Notes: generated by a model from the sequence alone, not told the origin. Counted from the stretch's first letter, positions 18,645 through 30,488 are shown. The stretch: 64,000 nt of DNA from a bacterium (GCA_030429765.1 JAUIER010000002.1:42126-106125), one strand, 5' to 3'. A program made the numbers and translations.

Positions 18645-20339
18645 CTAATTTTTGAGTTTAGCGGTTGTAACGGATTCAAGATACTTAAGCGAATTTTCAA
18701 TGACTTCTTTAGCCACAGGGGCCGAAACCGTCCCGCCGAAGTAGCTCGGAGTCGGTTCATCATAAATGACCACGCAGGCTAGTTTGGCATCTTCAGCCGG
18801 TGCGAAGGCATAAAACGACGCATAAAAGTGATCATGCGAATATGTTCCGTCGACTACTTTCTGCGCGGTGCCGGTCTTGCCACCGACCTTGACCCCCTCG
18901 ATTTGCGCACGCCGGGCGGTGCCTGTATCCACCACGCCGACGAGAATATCCCGTACCCGATGGGCCGTCTCCTCCGATATCACGCGGCTGACGATCTCCG
19001 GATCACTCCGCCGAATAACCTGATCTTTCTTGTCTTTGACAAATTTGAGAATGTGCGGCCGCATATACAGACCGTCATTGGCGATCACCGATATCGCGGC
19101 CACCAATTGAATCGGGGTCACCGTGACTTCATGCCCCATTGGAATCGCGCTAATCGTTGTCTTGGACCATTGCGACGGCTTTTTCAGCCAACCATCCACC
19201 TCCCCGCGCAATTCGATATTGGTCGGATCCCCAAACCGAAAACGGCGCCCGTAGTCATACACCACGTCCGCGCCCAATTCCTGGGCAATCTTAGCGACGC
19301 CAATATTACTGGAGAGCTCAAAAACCCGGCGAAATGATAACGTCCCATGCGGACGGTGATCATGCAGGGTATGATTGGCAATGCGATATTTCCCATTTTC
19401 ACAGAATATTTCATCGGTTTCAACAAACTTTTTTTCTTCCAGCGCGGCGGCGGCCGTGACAATTTTAAATACTGATCCCGGCTCGTAAACGAAGCTGATG
19501 GCCCGGTTTGTACGGCTTTCCACACTGCTTTGTGACACCGTTTCCAGGTTATATGTCGGCCGGTTGGCCAGTGCCAGGATTTCGCCTGACTTGGGATCCA
19601 TGACGATGATAGTCCCCGCCTTGGCCTTGTATTTCTGATACGCCCTGTCCAGCGCCCGTTCGGCAATGTACTGAATCGTTTCATCGATGGTCAGGACGAT
19701 ATCCTTGCCATGTTGTGGTGCGATAAAACTCTTTTCCAGGAGCAGCTCACGCTGCTTGGCATCGCGGACAAATAAGGCCTTGCCCGGCGCGCCACGCAGA
19801 TATTCGTCGAAAACCAATTCTGCCCCTTCAAGACCACGGTTATCAATATCGGCGAAGCCGATCACATGTGACGCCAGCTGACCGTTAGGATAAAACCGCT
19901 TGCTTTCTTCAATAAACGACAACCCCGGAATATTTTCGTCACGGATACGGTTAGCGATATCCAGCGGAAGCTTTCGCTTGATCCAGACAAAATACTTATC
20001 GCGGGATAGCCTCTCGCGGACCAGTTCCCGATCCACCCCCGCGATCACCGGCAGAAACTCGAGCGCCTGTGCCTTGGCCTTGTCGGACATCATCCGCGGA
20101 TTAGCGTACAACGAATGGACCGTCACATTAATGGCCAACGGACGCATGTTACGGTCGTAAATCGTTCCGCGCAGCGGCTCGAGTTCGATCAAACGATTAT
20201 GCTGCTTTTTGGCAAGACTGGCCAGATGGTCCGACTTGAAAACCTGGATCAGCACCAGTTTGACAATAAACACGCACAGACAGATGATCAAAAACAGAAA
20301 GACACTGCTGAACCTAAGGTCGTATTTTCGATTTTGCAC
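18645..20339 (-). CDS. ftsI: Penicillin-binding protein 3 / FtsI transpeptidase
   Basis: N-terminal TM, SxxK (SVFK), SxN (SSN) and KTG (KTGTAQ) motifs. GTG start at 20339. Confidence 0.9.
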   Translation of the reverse strand: MQNRKYDLRFSSVFLFLIICLCVFIVKLVLIQVFKSDHLASLAKKQHNRLIELEPLRGTIYDRNMRPLAINVTVHSLYANPRMMSDKAKAQALEFLPVIAGVDRELVRERLSRDKYFVWIKRKLPLDIANRIRDENIPGLSFIEESKRFYPNGQLASHVIGFADIDNRGLEGAELVFDEYLRGAPGKALFVRDAKQRELLLEKSFIAPQHGKDIVLTIDETIQYIAERALDRAYQKYKAKAGTIIVMDPKSGEILALANRPTYNLETVSQSSVESRTNRAISFVYEPGSVFKIVTAAAALEEKKFVETDEIFCENGKYRIANHTLHDHRPHGTLSFRRVFELSSNIGVAKIAQELGADVVYDYGRRFRFGDPTNIELRGEVDGWLKKPSQWSKTTISAIPMGHEVTVTPIQLVAAISVIANDGLYMRPHILKFVKDKKDQVIRRSDPEIVSRVISEETAHRVRDILVGVVDTGTARRAQIEGVKVGGKTGTAQKVVDGTYSHDHFYASFYAFAPAEDAKLACVVIYDEPTPSYFGGTVSAPVAKEVIENSLKYLESVTTAKLKN

Positions 20340-20373
20340 TTCGTTCGATTATGTTGATGGCGGATAAGATCGA

Positions 20374-20754
20374 TTACTGATCTTTGGCTTCCGCACGCGT
20401 TGTGAATGACAACAAACTCAGCAGTGATCCCTTGGCGGAATTGGATGGGTCGTCGCCGTTTGGCGGATCATCGCTCTTGATGGTTTCGGTAGCGGAAATA
20501 TGCATAATGTCACTGGGATCAACAAACTGCATGTCGGACTCATCGTCAAGCATCTCAATTCCCAGGTTTTCGGCCGATTTCAGCGACAGGATCTCATAGC
20601 TCAGATATTCTTTTTCCTGAACGAGCTGATCGATCTTTTTTTCGTTGTCCTTACCCTGATAGGCCAGATCAAAAATCTGCATCTGCATGTGAATATAGCC
20701 CAATGACAGGCCCGTTAGCAGCATCATAAATTTTAAAAAGTTACAAAATCTCAT
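20374..20754 (-). CDS. ftsL: Cell division protein FtsL-like (septum formation initiator)
   Basis: 126 aa with an N-terminal TM and a coiled-coil segment. Its ATG forms an ATGA overlap with the rsmH stop. Canonical position between rsmH and ftsI. Confidence 0.65.
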   Translation of the reverse strand: MRFCNFLKFMMLLTGLSLGYIHMQMQIFDLAYQGKDNEKKIDQLVQEKEYLSYEILSLKSAENLGIEMLDDESDMQFVDPSDIMHISATETIKSDDPPNGDDPSNSAKGSLLSLLSFTTRAEAKDQ

Positions 20755-21683
20755 ACATTCCTCTCGAGAACCCTGAACCTGGCGCTCCGGGCCCGCGGAT
20801 TGATCTCAACCTCTTCATCGGTCGGACGGATCGGTTTTTTAACCAGCGGCTCAACGATACCGGCCCGCTGGAACATCTTAAACTTATTTTTAACGATACG
20901 GTCTTCCAGTGAGTGAAACGAAATAATTCCCAAGCGTCCTTTCGGCCGCAGGTGTGACACACATTTATCGATCACAATATCCAACGTTTCCAGCTCATGA
21001 TTCACCGCAATACGAAACGCCTGGAAGGTCCGTGTCGCCGGATGCAGCCGCTGCGGCTTGCCATGAAACGGTACCGACCGAACAACTATATCTGAAAGCT
21101 CATCCGTATTTTCAATCGGACGTTTGGACCGTTCGGAGACAATCCCCCGGGCAATCCGTCCGGCCCATCGCTCTTCTCCAAACTCCTTGAGAATCGCGGC
21201 AATCTCTTTTTCCGACAATGAGTTCACCAGATCATAGGCTGAAATCGCGGCATTCTGATCCATCCGCATGTCCAGCGGCCCCGATGATCTAAGACTAAAT
21301 CCTCGTCGAGGATTATCAAGCTGAAAACTTGAGATCCCCAAATCCAGCAGAATTCCGTCGACTTTCTGAATATTCAAATCCGCCAGCACTTCATCGATGT
21401 ATCGAAAATCTTTATGAACAAAGTGACATTGATGAGCGAATTCCTGCAGCCGTTCGCGCGCAATAGATAAGGACTGCTCATCCCGGTCCATACCGACAAG
21501 CAGTCCTTTAGATCCTATTTTCTCCAAAATCCGGATGGAATGTCCGGCCATCCCCAATGTCCCGTCAACGAAAACTTCATTTTCCTTCGGCGCCAGGTAA
21601 CTCAACACCTCCTCGACCATGACGGGGAGATGTTGATATGGATCAATTTTGTCCGCGGGGGTCATCATAATATTTTTGATCAT
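20751..21683 (-). CDS. rsmH: 16S rRNA (cytosine1402-N4)-methyltransferase RsmH/MraW
   Basis: ...VDGTLGMAGHS..., LLDLGISSFQLD and a SAM-MTase fold. Confidence 0.92.
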   Translation of the reverse strand: MIKNIMMTPADKIDPYQHLPVMVEEVLSYLAPKENEVFVDGTLGMAGHSIRILEKIGSKGLLVGMDRDEQSLSIARERLQEFAHQCHFVHKDFRYIDEVLADLNIQKVDGILLDLGISSFQLDNPRRGFSLRSSGPLDMRMDQNAAISAYDLVNSLSEKEIAAILKEFGEERWAGRIARGIVSERSKRPIENTDELSDIVVRSVPFHGKPQRLHPATRTFQAFRIAVNHELETLDIVIDKCVSHLRPKGRLGIISFHSLEDRIVKNKFKMFQRAGIVEPLVKKPIRPTDEEVEINPRARSARFRVLERNV

Positions 21684-21702
21684 TAAGATCTCCGACGACT
21701 AC

Positions 21703-21966
21703 TCAGCCCGCATAGCAATGGACGCTATGCTGCATTTTAGCCAAGTTGAATTTTTCCCGAATGATCTGGAAATCCTGTTCCTCTTTGAGCTCATCCCACG
21801 TATCTTTGATTCGGTTTCGGATGTAAATCCGGTCCCTTTCTTCAAACACCAGGAAAAGCTCAGTCCTTCCGGTTGACGTATCCACAGTGGAACAGAACAA
21901 ACAATCACAGTTGGGCAATTCAATTAAGTGCTGAAATACAATACATTGCGCGTGAAATTGTTCCAT
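21703..21966 (-). CDS. Small cysteine-containing hypothetical protein inserted between mraZ and rsmH
   Basis: The ATG at 21966 is preceded by AGGGAG. 87 aa containing C8, CxCxxC (C20/C22/C25) and C84. Confidence 0.4.
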   Translation of the reverse strand: MEQFHAQCIVFQHLIELPNCDCLFCSTVDTSTGRTELFLVFEERDRIYIRNRIKDTWDELKEEQDFQIIREKFNLAKMQHSVHCYAG

Positions 21967-22006
21967 GTTGGACTCCCTTTTACCAATTATTTGATAGACT
22001 CAAACC

Positions 22007-22444
22007 TTAATTGCTGAAAATATTTTCCGCGATCTCTTCAAACGACTCATTTGATGCGTTATAGAAATTTTTCCATCGTTTCTTGTCCCAGATTTCAATC
22101 CGGTTGGATACGCCGATCACGACGGTCTCCCGATCAATACCCGAGAAATCCTTGAGATACGATGGTATAATAAAACGTCCCTGTTTATCAGGTTTTACAT
22201 CGGTGGCGCCGGCAAAAAACATACGGTTAAAATTTCGTGATTCCTGACGGGTAAACGACATGCTTTTGAACTTTTGTTCCTGGGAACGCCATTCGTCTTC
22301 GGCAAACATGAAAATACACTTATCAAGACCACGTGTTAAGAAAAATCGATCAATCGCGCATTCTTTGCAGGTGTCTCGAAACTTTGAAGGTAAAATCAAT
22401 CGCCCTTTGGGGTCAATATTATGCTCAAATTCACCGTAAAACAT
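22007..22444 (-). CDS. mraZ: Transcriptional regulator MraZ
   Basis: Duplicated MraZ/SpoVT-AbrB-like halves (MFYGEFEHNIDPKGRLILP... and ...DKQGRFIIP...). First gene of the dcw cluster. Confidence 0.92.
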   Translation of the reverse strand: MFYGEFEHNIDPKGRLILPSKFRDTCKECAIDRFFLTRGLDKCIFMFAEDEWRSQEQKFKSMSFTRQESRNFNRMFFAGATDVKPDKQGRFIIPSYLKDFSGIDRETVVIGVSNRIEIWDKKRWKNFYNASNESFEEIAENIFSN

Positions 22445-22460
22445 TCGCCGCCTTTATTGG

Positions 22461-22498
22461 ACCACTTTGCACCACTTTCCACCACTTTTGAACCATTC
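22461..22498 (-). promoter_or_regulatory. Three (plus a degenerate fourth) direct repeats AAAGTGGT at exact 10-bp phasing, MraZ-box-like operator in the mraZ leader
   Basis: The plus strand reads accactttgc accactttcc accacttttg aaccattcta. On the coding strand this is AAAGTGGTGG AAAGTGGTGC AAAGTGGTCC. E. coli MraZ binds GTGGG-type repeats with the same 10-bp periodicity at Pmra. Confidence 0.55.
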
Positions 22499-22524
22499 TA
22501 CCCCCCCAATCAGGGACTGTCAAC
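22495..22524 (-). promoter_or_regulatory. Sigma-70-type promoter for mraZ: TTGACA, 18-nt spacer, TAGAAT
   Basis: On the minus strand, -35 TTGACA is at 22524-22519 and -10 TAGAAT at 22500-22495. An AAGG RBS lies about 7 nt before the ATG. Confidence 0.5.
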
Positions 22525-22653
22525 GGAAAAAATTCTGTTTTTTTATCCTAAGTGACTAAAATACAATAACTTGTGCTAATAGGACAAAGAGGCACAATAT
22601 ATGGTATTATGCGCGTCATCCATTTGTCACAATTTGAGTGTTTGGGGGGATAT

Positions 22654-22672
22654 TTGCACAGATTTTGTGCAA
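22654..22672. promoter_or_regulatory. Perfect 7-bp inverted repeat TTGCACA-gattt-TGTGCAA
   Basis: Read directly in the ribF-mraZ intergenic region, about 130 bp upstream of the mraZ -35. Confidence 0.3.
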
Positions 22673-22706
22673 TTTTTGAAAGGGATCAGATTTGGCGGGA
22701 AAAAAG

Positions 22707-23651
22707 CTAGCTGCAGGGCTGAATTTTACTCAGAATCTGACGGATGCGGGATTCGTCACGCTTGAGCTGCTCGATGAGTTGTTTTTCGGATTCAAACGTA
22801 CGCTCGTCCCGAACTTTTTCGAGAAATTCAACAACAACGGTTTTGTTATAGATGTTTTGATCAAAATCAAAAACAAAAACTTCAAGGCTGATTCCTTGAT
22901 CGTATTTCTTGAACGATGGACGCCGTCCGATATTGGACATCGATGGCAGCGACTCCCCATCAATATGGAGAATTGTCGCGTAAACCCCCATCGGCGGCAA
23001 CAGCACGTCTTTGACATTGACATTCGCCGTTGGATATCCCAGCGTTCGTCCTCGCCCGTCTCCTCGAACCACCGTTCCTTCAACCGCAACTCGTCGACCT
23101 AAATATTGTTCGGCCAATTCAAGATTTCCCGACGAGATCAATCGTCGTATACCCGTACTGCCAATCTTGGACTCTTCGCCTTTGACCGGCACCATCGGGT
23201 TCACATCAAATCCTAGACGCTGCCCCGCCTGCTTTAAGTCCTCGATTGACCCGGAACGGTTTTTACCAAAGCAGAATTCACTCCCGACGACGATGTCGAC
23301 AGGTTTGATATGCTCCACCAAATATGTGTTCACAAAATCATCGGGTGTCAGTGATGCAAAGTCGCTGTCAAACTCAACCACAATACAAACATCAACACCT
23401 AAATCGCTAATGAACTGTAATCGCTGATCAAGCGATGTAATATACGGCAGATAAATCTCCGGTTTTAAGACTTTCACCGGATGCGGATCAAAGGTCATAA
23501 CCACGGAGGTTCCGTCGATACGCTTCGCCCGGGCGACCGCATCGGCAATAAGTTTTTGATGCCCGACATGGACCCCGTCGAACACACCTATTGTGAGAAC
23601 GGCCTTTCTGTAAGCCTGCTTAGCTTTTCCAATTCCGTATATGACTTTCAT
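22707..23651 (-). CDS. ribF: Bifunctional riboflavin kinase / FMN adenylyltransferase
   Basis: GVFDGVHVGHQ (FAD synthetase) and a C-terminal riboflavin kinase domain (PTANV...GYPTAN). Confidence 0.9.
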   Translation of the reverse strand: MKVIYGIGKAKQAYRKAVLTIGVFDGVHVGHQKLIADAVARAKRIDGTSVVMTFDPHPVKVLKPEIYLPYITSLDQRLQFISDLGVDVCIVVEFDSDFASLTPDDFVNTYLVEHIKPVDIVVGSEFCFGKNRSGSIEDLKQAGQRLGFDVNPMVPVKGEESKIGSTGIRRLISSGNLELAEQYLGRRVAVEGTVVRGDGRGRTLGYPTANVNVKDVLLPPMGVYATILHIDGESLPSMSNIGRRPSFKKYDQGISLEVFVFDFDQNIYNKTVVVEFLEKVRDERTFESEKQLIEQLKRDESRIRQILSKIQPCS

Positions 23652-24285
23652 TCATATCCTCGATCGTGACGGCGTCCTCAATCCTGAATTCGCCCACCCG
23701 GGTACGTTCAATCTTAGAAATACAAGCACCGCATCCCAGCTTGTCGCCGATATCCGACGCCAATTGACGAATGTATGTCCCCTTGGAACATTCAACATAG
23801 AACTCCACGTAAGGCGGATCAAATTTCAGGATTTCCAACTGATGCACGGTAATCCGCCGCGGCTCTCGCTCCACGACGATTCCTTTTCTGGCATACTCAT
23901 ACAGCTTTTTACCTTTATGCTTCACTGCGGAAAACATCGGCGGTAACTGGTCAATCTCACCCCTGAATGACTCAATCACCTTATCCAGATCTCCACGAGT
24001 GACATGATCATAGGGCTTTTCGGCCAGCAACTTGCCTTCCGTATCAGCTGTATCGGTTGAACGTCCGAAGATCATCGTCGATTTATAGGCCTTATCGAAT
24101 GTCACAAAATTATTAGATAACTTGGTGGCTTTACCCACCAGGACGACGAGCACACCGGTGGCCAGCGGATCGAGCGTACCTGCATGCCCGACGCGCTTGG
24201 TATTAAACTTACGCCGCACTCGTGAGACAACATCATGCGATGTCATTCCGTCCGGCTTATTAACGAGTAGAACTCCTTCGTTCAT
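23620..24285 (-). CDS. truB: tRNA pseudouridine(55) synthase
   Basis: GHAGTLDPLATGVLVV carries the catalytic Asp motif. Adjacent to ribF and rbfA. Confidence 0.9.
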   Translation of the reverse strand: MNEGVLLVNKPDGMTSHDVVSRVRRKFNTKRVGHAGTLDPLATGVLVVLVGKATKLSNNFVTFDKAYKSTMIFGRSTDTADTEGKLLAEKPYDHVTRGDLDKVIESFRGEIDQLPPMFSAVKHKGKKLYEYARKGIVVEREPRRITVHQLEILKFDPPYVEFYVECSKGTYIRQLASDIGDKLGCGACISKIERTRVGEFRIEDAVTIEDMNESHIRNWKS

Positions 24286-25244
24286 AGCGCTTCCTTTATT
24301 TTACGTAAAACTTTTTTCTTGGCTTCCTTGAGACCGGCCTCCACTAAACAGCCGCTGGCCCGCTTGTGGCCACCGCCGTCAAAACTATGCGCCAGCTTGG
24401 CGACATCCACATAACTCGCGGAGCGCAAGTTCACACGCGTTTTGTTGCGTGTAAATTCTGTGAGAATACATATCACCTCTACCCCGGCGATCGAACGCAA
24501 AAATTTAAATATCGCGTCGCGTAAATCGAAATCATCCGTAAACTTGTCGGTCCACTTTCGCGTTAACTCCAGACACACGACCCGCCCACGACTGCTGATC
24601 TCGAACCGGTTAATAACCTGCGTAAATGCCGCCAGGTCCTGCAGCGGAATTGTCTCATAGATTCGACTATAAAGCTCATCCACTTTGATGTTATGTTTGA
24701 TCAGCTCGGCCGCCACTTCATGCGTACGACTTGACGTATTCTCATAGCGGAAAGAACCGGTATCCGTCATAATTCCGCAATACAAATTTGTCGCGATGCG
24801 GCGGTTCATCTTACACTTGGCGTAGGTCAGAAACTCATACAAAACCTGAGCGGTGCTCGACGCCTTAGTATCGACAAAGTTAATCGACCCGAAACGATCA
24901 TTCGTCACGTGATGGTCGATATTAATCACCTGGCATTCTTCATCGATTAAGTCCTGCACATCCCCAATCCGGCTAAGCTCACCACAATCCAGAATAATCG
25001 CCACATCAAAGCTGCGGCGACGCACATCGTCAAGCGACTTAACCCTAGCGGCACCCGGAAAAAACTTGAAGCGTTCAATCATAGGAGCTTCGTTAACGAT
25101 GGTGACCTTTTTCTTGATGGAACGAAGGTACTCGGCGAGCGCCAATTCCGAACAAATCGCGTCGGGATCCGGATTAACATGTGTAGAAATCAGAATCGAT
25201 TCGCTACGCTTGATTATCTGTAGAATTTTTTTCTTGATCATCAT
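24282..25244 (-). CDS. nrnA: DHH-family phosphoesterase NrnA (oligoribonuclease / pAp phosphatase)
   Basis: DHH motifs (HVNPDPDAICS, DHH) and a DHHA1 C-terminus. Typical neighbour of rbfA. Confidence 0.8.
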   Translation of the reverse strand: MMIKKKILQIIKRSESILISTHVNPDPDAICSELALAEYLRSIKKKVTIVNEAPMIERFKFFPGAARVKSLDDVRRRSFDVAIILDCGELSRIGDVQDLIDEECQVINIDHHVTNDRFGSINFVDTKASSTAQVLYEFLTYAKCKMNRRIATNLYCGIMTDTGSFRYENTSSRTHEVAAELIKHNIKVDELYSRIYETIPLQDLAAFTQVINRFEISSRGRVVCLELTRKWTDKFTDDFDLRDAIFKFLRSIAGVEVICILTEFTRNKTRVNLRSASYVDVAKLAHSFDGGGHKRASGCLVEAGLKEAKKKVLRKIKEAL

Positions 25245-25572
25245 AGATTTCCTTTAACGTTTCTTCGATTTCCGATCCGTAGGTTAACGAACGGTCGTGC
25301 ACAAAATTCAATTCCGGCGTATGCCTGATCGACATCCGGCGGCTGACCGAACGTCTGATCGCGCCTCGCGCGCCATTTAGACTTTTTTGGGCGTCGGCCA
25401 CAGATTGTCCTTCTCCCAGCACGCTGAAATACACCTTGGCATTATTTAGATCCGGACTGACATCCACATTGGTAATTGAGATAAACATCATACGTGGGTC
25501 CGACAGCTCCTGCTGGATAATAATGCTTATCTCTCGTTTAATTTGATTGTTGACTTTATCCATTCTACTCAT
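25204..25572 (-). CDS. rbfA: Ribosome-binding factor A
   Basis: 122-aa protein with an RbfA KH-like fold and a conserved N-terminus. Confidence 0.9.
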   Translation of the reverse strand: MSRMDKVNNQIKREISIIIQQELSDPRMMFISITNVDVSPDLNNAKVYFSVLGEGQSVADAQKSLNGARGAIRRSVSRRMSIRHTPELNFVHDRSLTYGSEIEETLKEIYDDQEKNSTDNQA

Positions 25573-26842
25573 TTGATGCTCCTAATTCTTGCTTAATTAA
25601 CTCTCGGGCTAATTTTAGTTCGTCGCTTTTGGACTTTATCTCGCCATCCATTTTCTTCATCTTTAATTGCTCAAGCATCGCACCAACCTGACGCCCCTGC
25701 GACAAACCCATGCGGTTCAGGTCATGCCCATCAATCTTGAGTTTCACATTCCAAGCGTTCCAATAAGATTCTAAATTGTCCTTGAGTATCGCTGACGCCG
25801 TCGATAAATAGGCATGCCAGACCAACAGGCTCGAATTATCTTTCAATAAGACAAAGACCTGCGACGGCTTCATCTTCTTTTGTTTGAGCACGACCTTTGT
25901 TTCCAGCTTACATTTAGCGAACTGCGTAATCGCCTGCTTCTGCCCTTTACTCAATATCGAACACTTCATCAACTCTTGCCGTCTGGCCGTTGAAACATTT
26001 CGTAGCAGTTCGATCAAATATATGACCCAACACTCCCCGGCCTCTGATCGGGCTGATTCATTCAGCCGCTGATACCGTTGTTGGATCCGGTGTATCCGCG
26101 CCTTCGATATCGCCGCCGTACCCACGAGCCGATGGAACAAAGCCAACCGCCTCATCCGCCCTATCATCTCCGGGGCCTTGAATTCGGAACCAACTTTTTT
26201 TATCTCGGTGATATACCGGTCCAACGATATCGTTCGCAAAGCTCCCTGACGGACACTTTTGTTTAAACACTGCAGGGTTGACCGATGCATCTGAAAACCC
26301 AATCGCTGCTCGTATCGAACCGCACGAATCATCCGCGTGGGATCATCTTTAAAACTCTGGTCATGCAAGATACGAATACGACCACACCTAAGGTCATCCA
26401 TCCCCCCGTAGTGATCGATTAGTGTTCCACGACTGGAGGACGTCAGCTGTAACGCCATCGCGTTAACCGTAAAATCCCGTCGAAACAAATCTGCCCGGAG
26501 ATCTCCCTGTTTTACACGCGGCAAGGCGCCGGGCTTTTTATAAATTTCCTGACGGGCCGTGGTAAAATCCAGCGAGCCGGCCTGATCCCAACTGACAGTC
26601 GCTGTGAGAAAATCCGGATAAACCGTGACTTTCCCATTATGCTCTCGTGCGAACGCCCTGGCCAGCGCCATGGCATCACCGTCAACAATCACATCCAGAT
26701 CCGTGCTTTTAATTCTAAGCAGGGCATCACGTACAAATCCGCCGACCAAATAGCAACCCACCTGTTGTTTAGCGGCCAACTGCTGAATCTGTTTGATACG
26801 CCGTCGTGTGACAGAATCATATTGTTTGAACTGGATAATCAC
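25565..26842 (-). CDS. cca: CCA-adding tRNA nucleotidyltransferase (poly(A) polymerase head domain + HD domain)
   Basis: GCYLVGGFVRDALL...DLDVIV carries the nucleotidyltransferase motif. The start was reassigned to a GTG at 26842, 1 nt after the xerD stop; the track ORF overlaps xerD by 149 nt. Confidence 0.8.
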   Translation of the reverse strand: MIIQFKQYDSVTRRRIKQIQQLAAKQQVGCYLVGGFVRDALLRIKSTDLDVIVDGDAMALARAFAREHNGKVTVYPDFLTATVSWDQAGSLDFTTARQEIYKKPGALPRVKQGDLRADLFRRDFTVNAMALQLTSSSRGTLIDHYGGMDDLRCGRIRILHDQSFKDDPTRMIRAVRYEQRLGFQMHRSTLQCLNKSVRQGALRTISLDRYITEIKKVGSEFKAPEMIGRMRRLALFHRLVGTAAISKARIHRIQQRYQRLNESARSEAGECWVIYLIELLRNVSTARRQELMKCSILSKGQKQAITQFAKCKLETKVVLKQKKMKPSQVFVLLKDNSSLLVWHAYLSTASAILKDNLESYWNAWNVKLKIDGHDLNRMGLSQGRQVGAMLEQLKMKKMDGEIKSKSDELKLARELIKQELGASNE

Positions 26843-26843
26843 A

Positions 26844-27698
26844 TCAACCTCTCGGATGAAATTCCTGATGCACGGACTTGAGCCTGGCCCTGTCCACATG
26901 CGTATAGATTTGGGTCGTGGAAATATCCGAATGACCCAACATTTCCTGTACCGACCGAAGATCGGCCCCATTCTCCAGTAAATGTGTGGCAAATGAGTGC
27001 CTCAAAGTGTGCGGCTTAATCTCTTTGTCTATCCCGGCCTTACGCGCGTACTTCTTGATAATCTTCCAAATACTTTGACGGCTGATCCTCCGTCCCAGGC
27101 GGCTTAAAAAAAGCCGCGTTTCGCTACAGTATTCAGCCACGGCTTCCCGGGCCCGCGCTCCAATCGGAATGATGCGTTCTTTGCTTCCTTTACCGATACA
27201 ACGGACGAACCCTACGTCCAGATCAATGTTTTCAAATTTCAAATCAGATAACTCTGATACCCGCATACCGCTGGCATAGAACAATTCCAGGATCGCCTTG
27301 TCTCGAATCACCTGCCATCCGCGCCCGGTAGCCGCCTCCAACACCTGTTCGACTTCCTGCATGGATAACACATCCGGAACACGTTTCCAGATCTTTGGCG
27401 TCTCGACAAGATTAGTCGGGTCATCTTTACTGAGCTGTTCACGAACGAGGAATCGATGAAATGTTTTGATAGCCGCTAGCGACCGGCATACCGAATTGGT
27501 CGACAGCTCGCGCTGCTTCTCCGCGTACATAAAATCCGTGACATGCTTACGATCGATGCTGTTGACACTCCGAACATCATGACTCTCCAAATAATCCTGA
27601 TAACGCAAAAGATCCCGCTGATACGCCAATAGTGTATTGTTCGCCAGCCCACGCTCGACGGATAGATAGTTGATAAACTCCTCAATATGCTGTTTCAT
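26844..27698 (-). CDS. xerD: Tyrosine site-specific recombinase XerD/XerC
   Basis: SAM-like N-terminal domain. Catalytic R...HxxR...Y is present (RHSFATHLL..., GHSDISTTQIYTHV). Confidence 0.85.
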   Translation of the reverse strand: MKQHIEEFINYLSVERGLANNTLLAYQRDLLRYQDYLESHDVRSVNSIDRKHVTDFMYAEKQRELSTNSVCRSLAAIKTFHRFLVREQLSKDDPTNLVETPKIWKRVPDVLSMQEVEQVLEAATGRGWQVIRDKAILELFYASGMRVSELSDLKFENIDLDVGFVRCIGKGSKERIIPIGARAREAVAEYCSETRLFLSRLGRRISRQSIWKIIKKYARKAGIDKEIKPHTLRHSFATHLLENGADLRSVQEMLGHSDISTTQIYTHVDRARLKSVHQEFHPRG

Positions 27699-27702
27699 CG
27701 AT

Positions 27703-30488
<2,786 letters not shown>

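Noticed and set aside
15830-19684. Numerous 60-220-aa ORFs on the opposite strand or alternative frames inside murF/murE/ftsI (e.g. 16621..17112 +, 17265..17939 +, 17997..18566 +, 19184..19684 -)
   Set aside because: Fully embedded in well-supported Mur ligase/PBP genes. Arg/Pro/His-rich shadow-frame composition, no RBS.
26843-26992. 50-aa N-terminal extension of the CCA-enzyme ORF and 44-aa or 27-aa or 31-aa extensions of the aminotransferase, ddl, murD, ligA and nupC ORFs
   Set aside because: These extensions overlap the upstream genes by 80-185 nt and begin at TTG/GTG (the track prints them as M). Internal ATG/GTG starts with RBSs or 4-8-nt stop/start overlaps fit better.
26844-27698. xerD as the integrase of a mobile element
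   Set aside because: There are no flanking repeats, tRNA target, phage or IS genes. It sits among rbfA/cca/ligA housekeeping genes, consistent with the chromosome-dimer-resolution recombinase.
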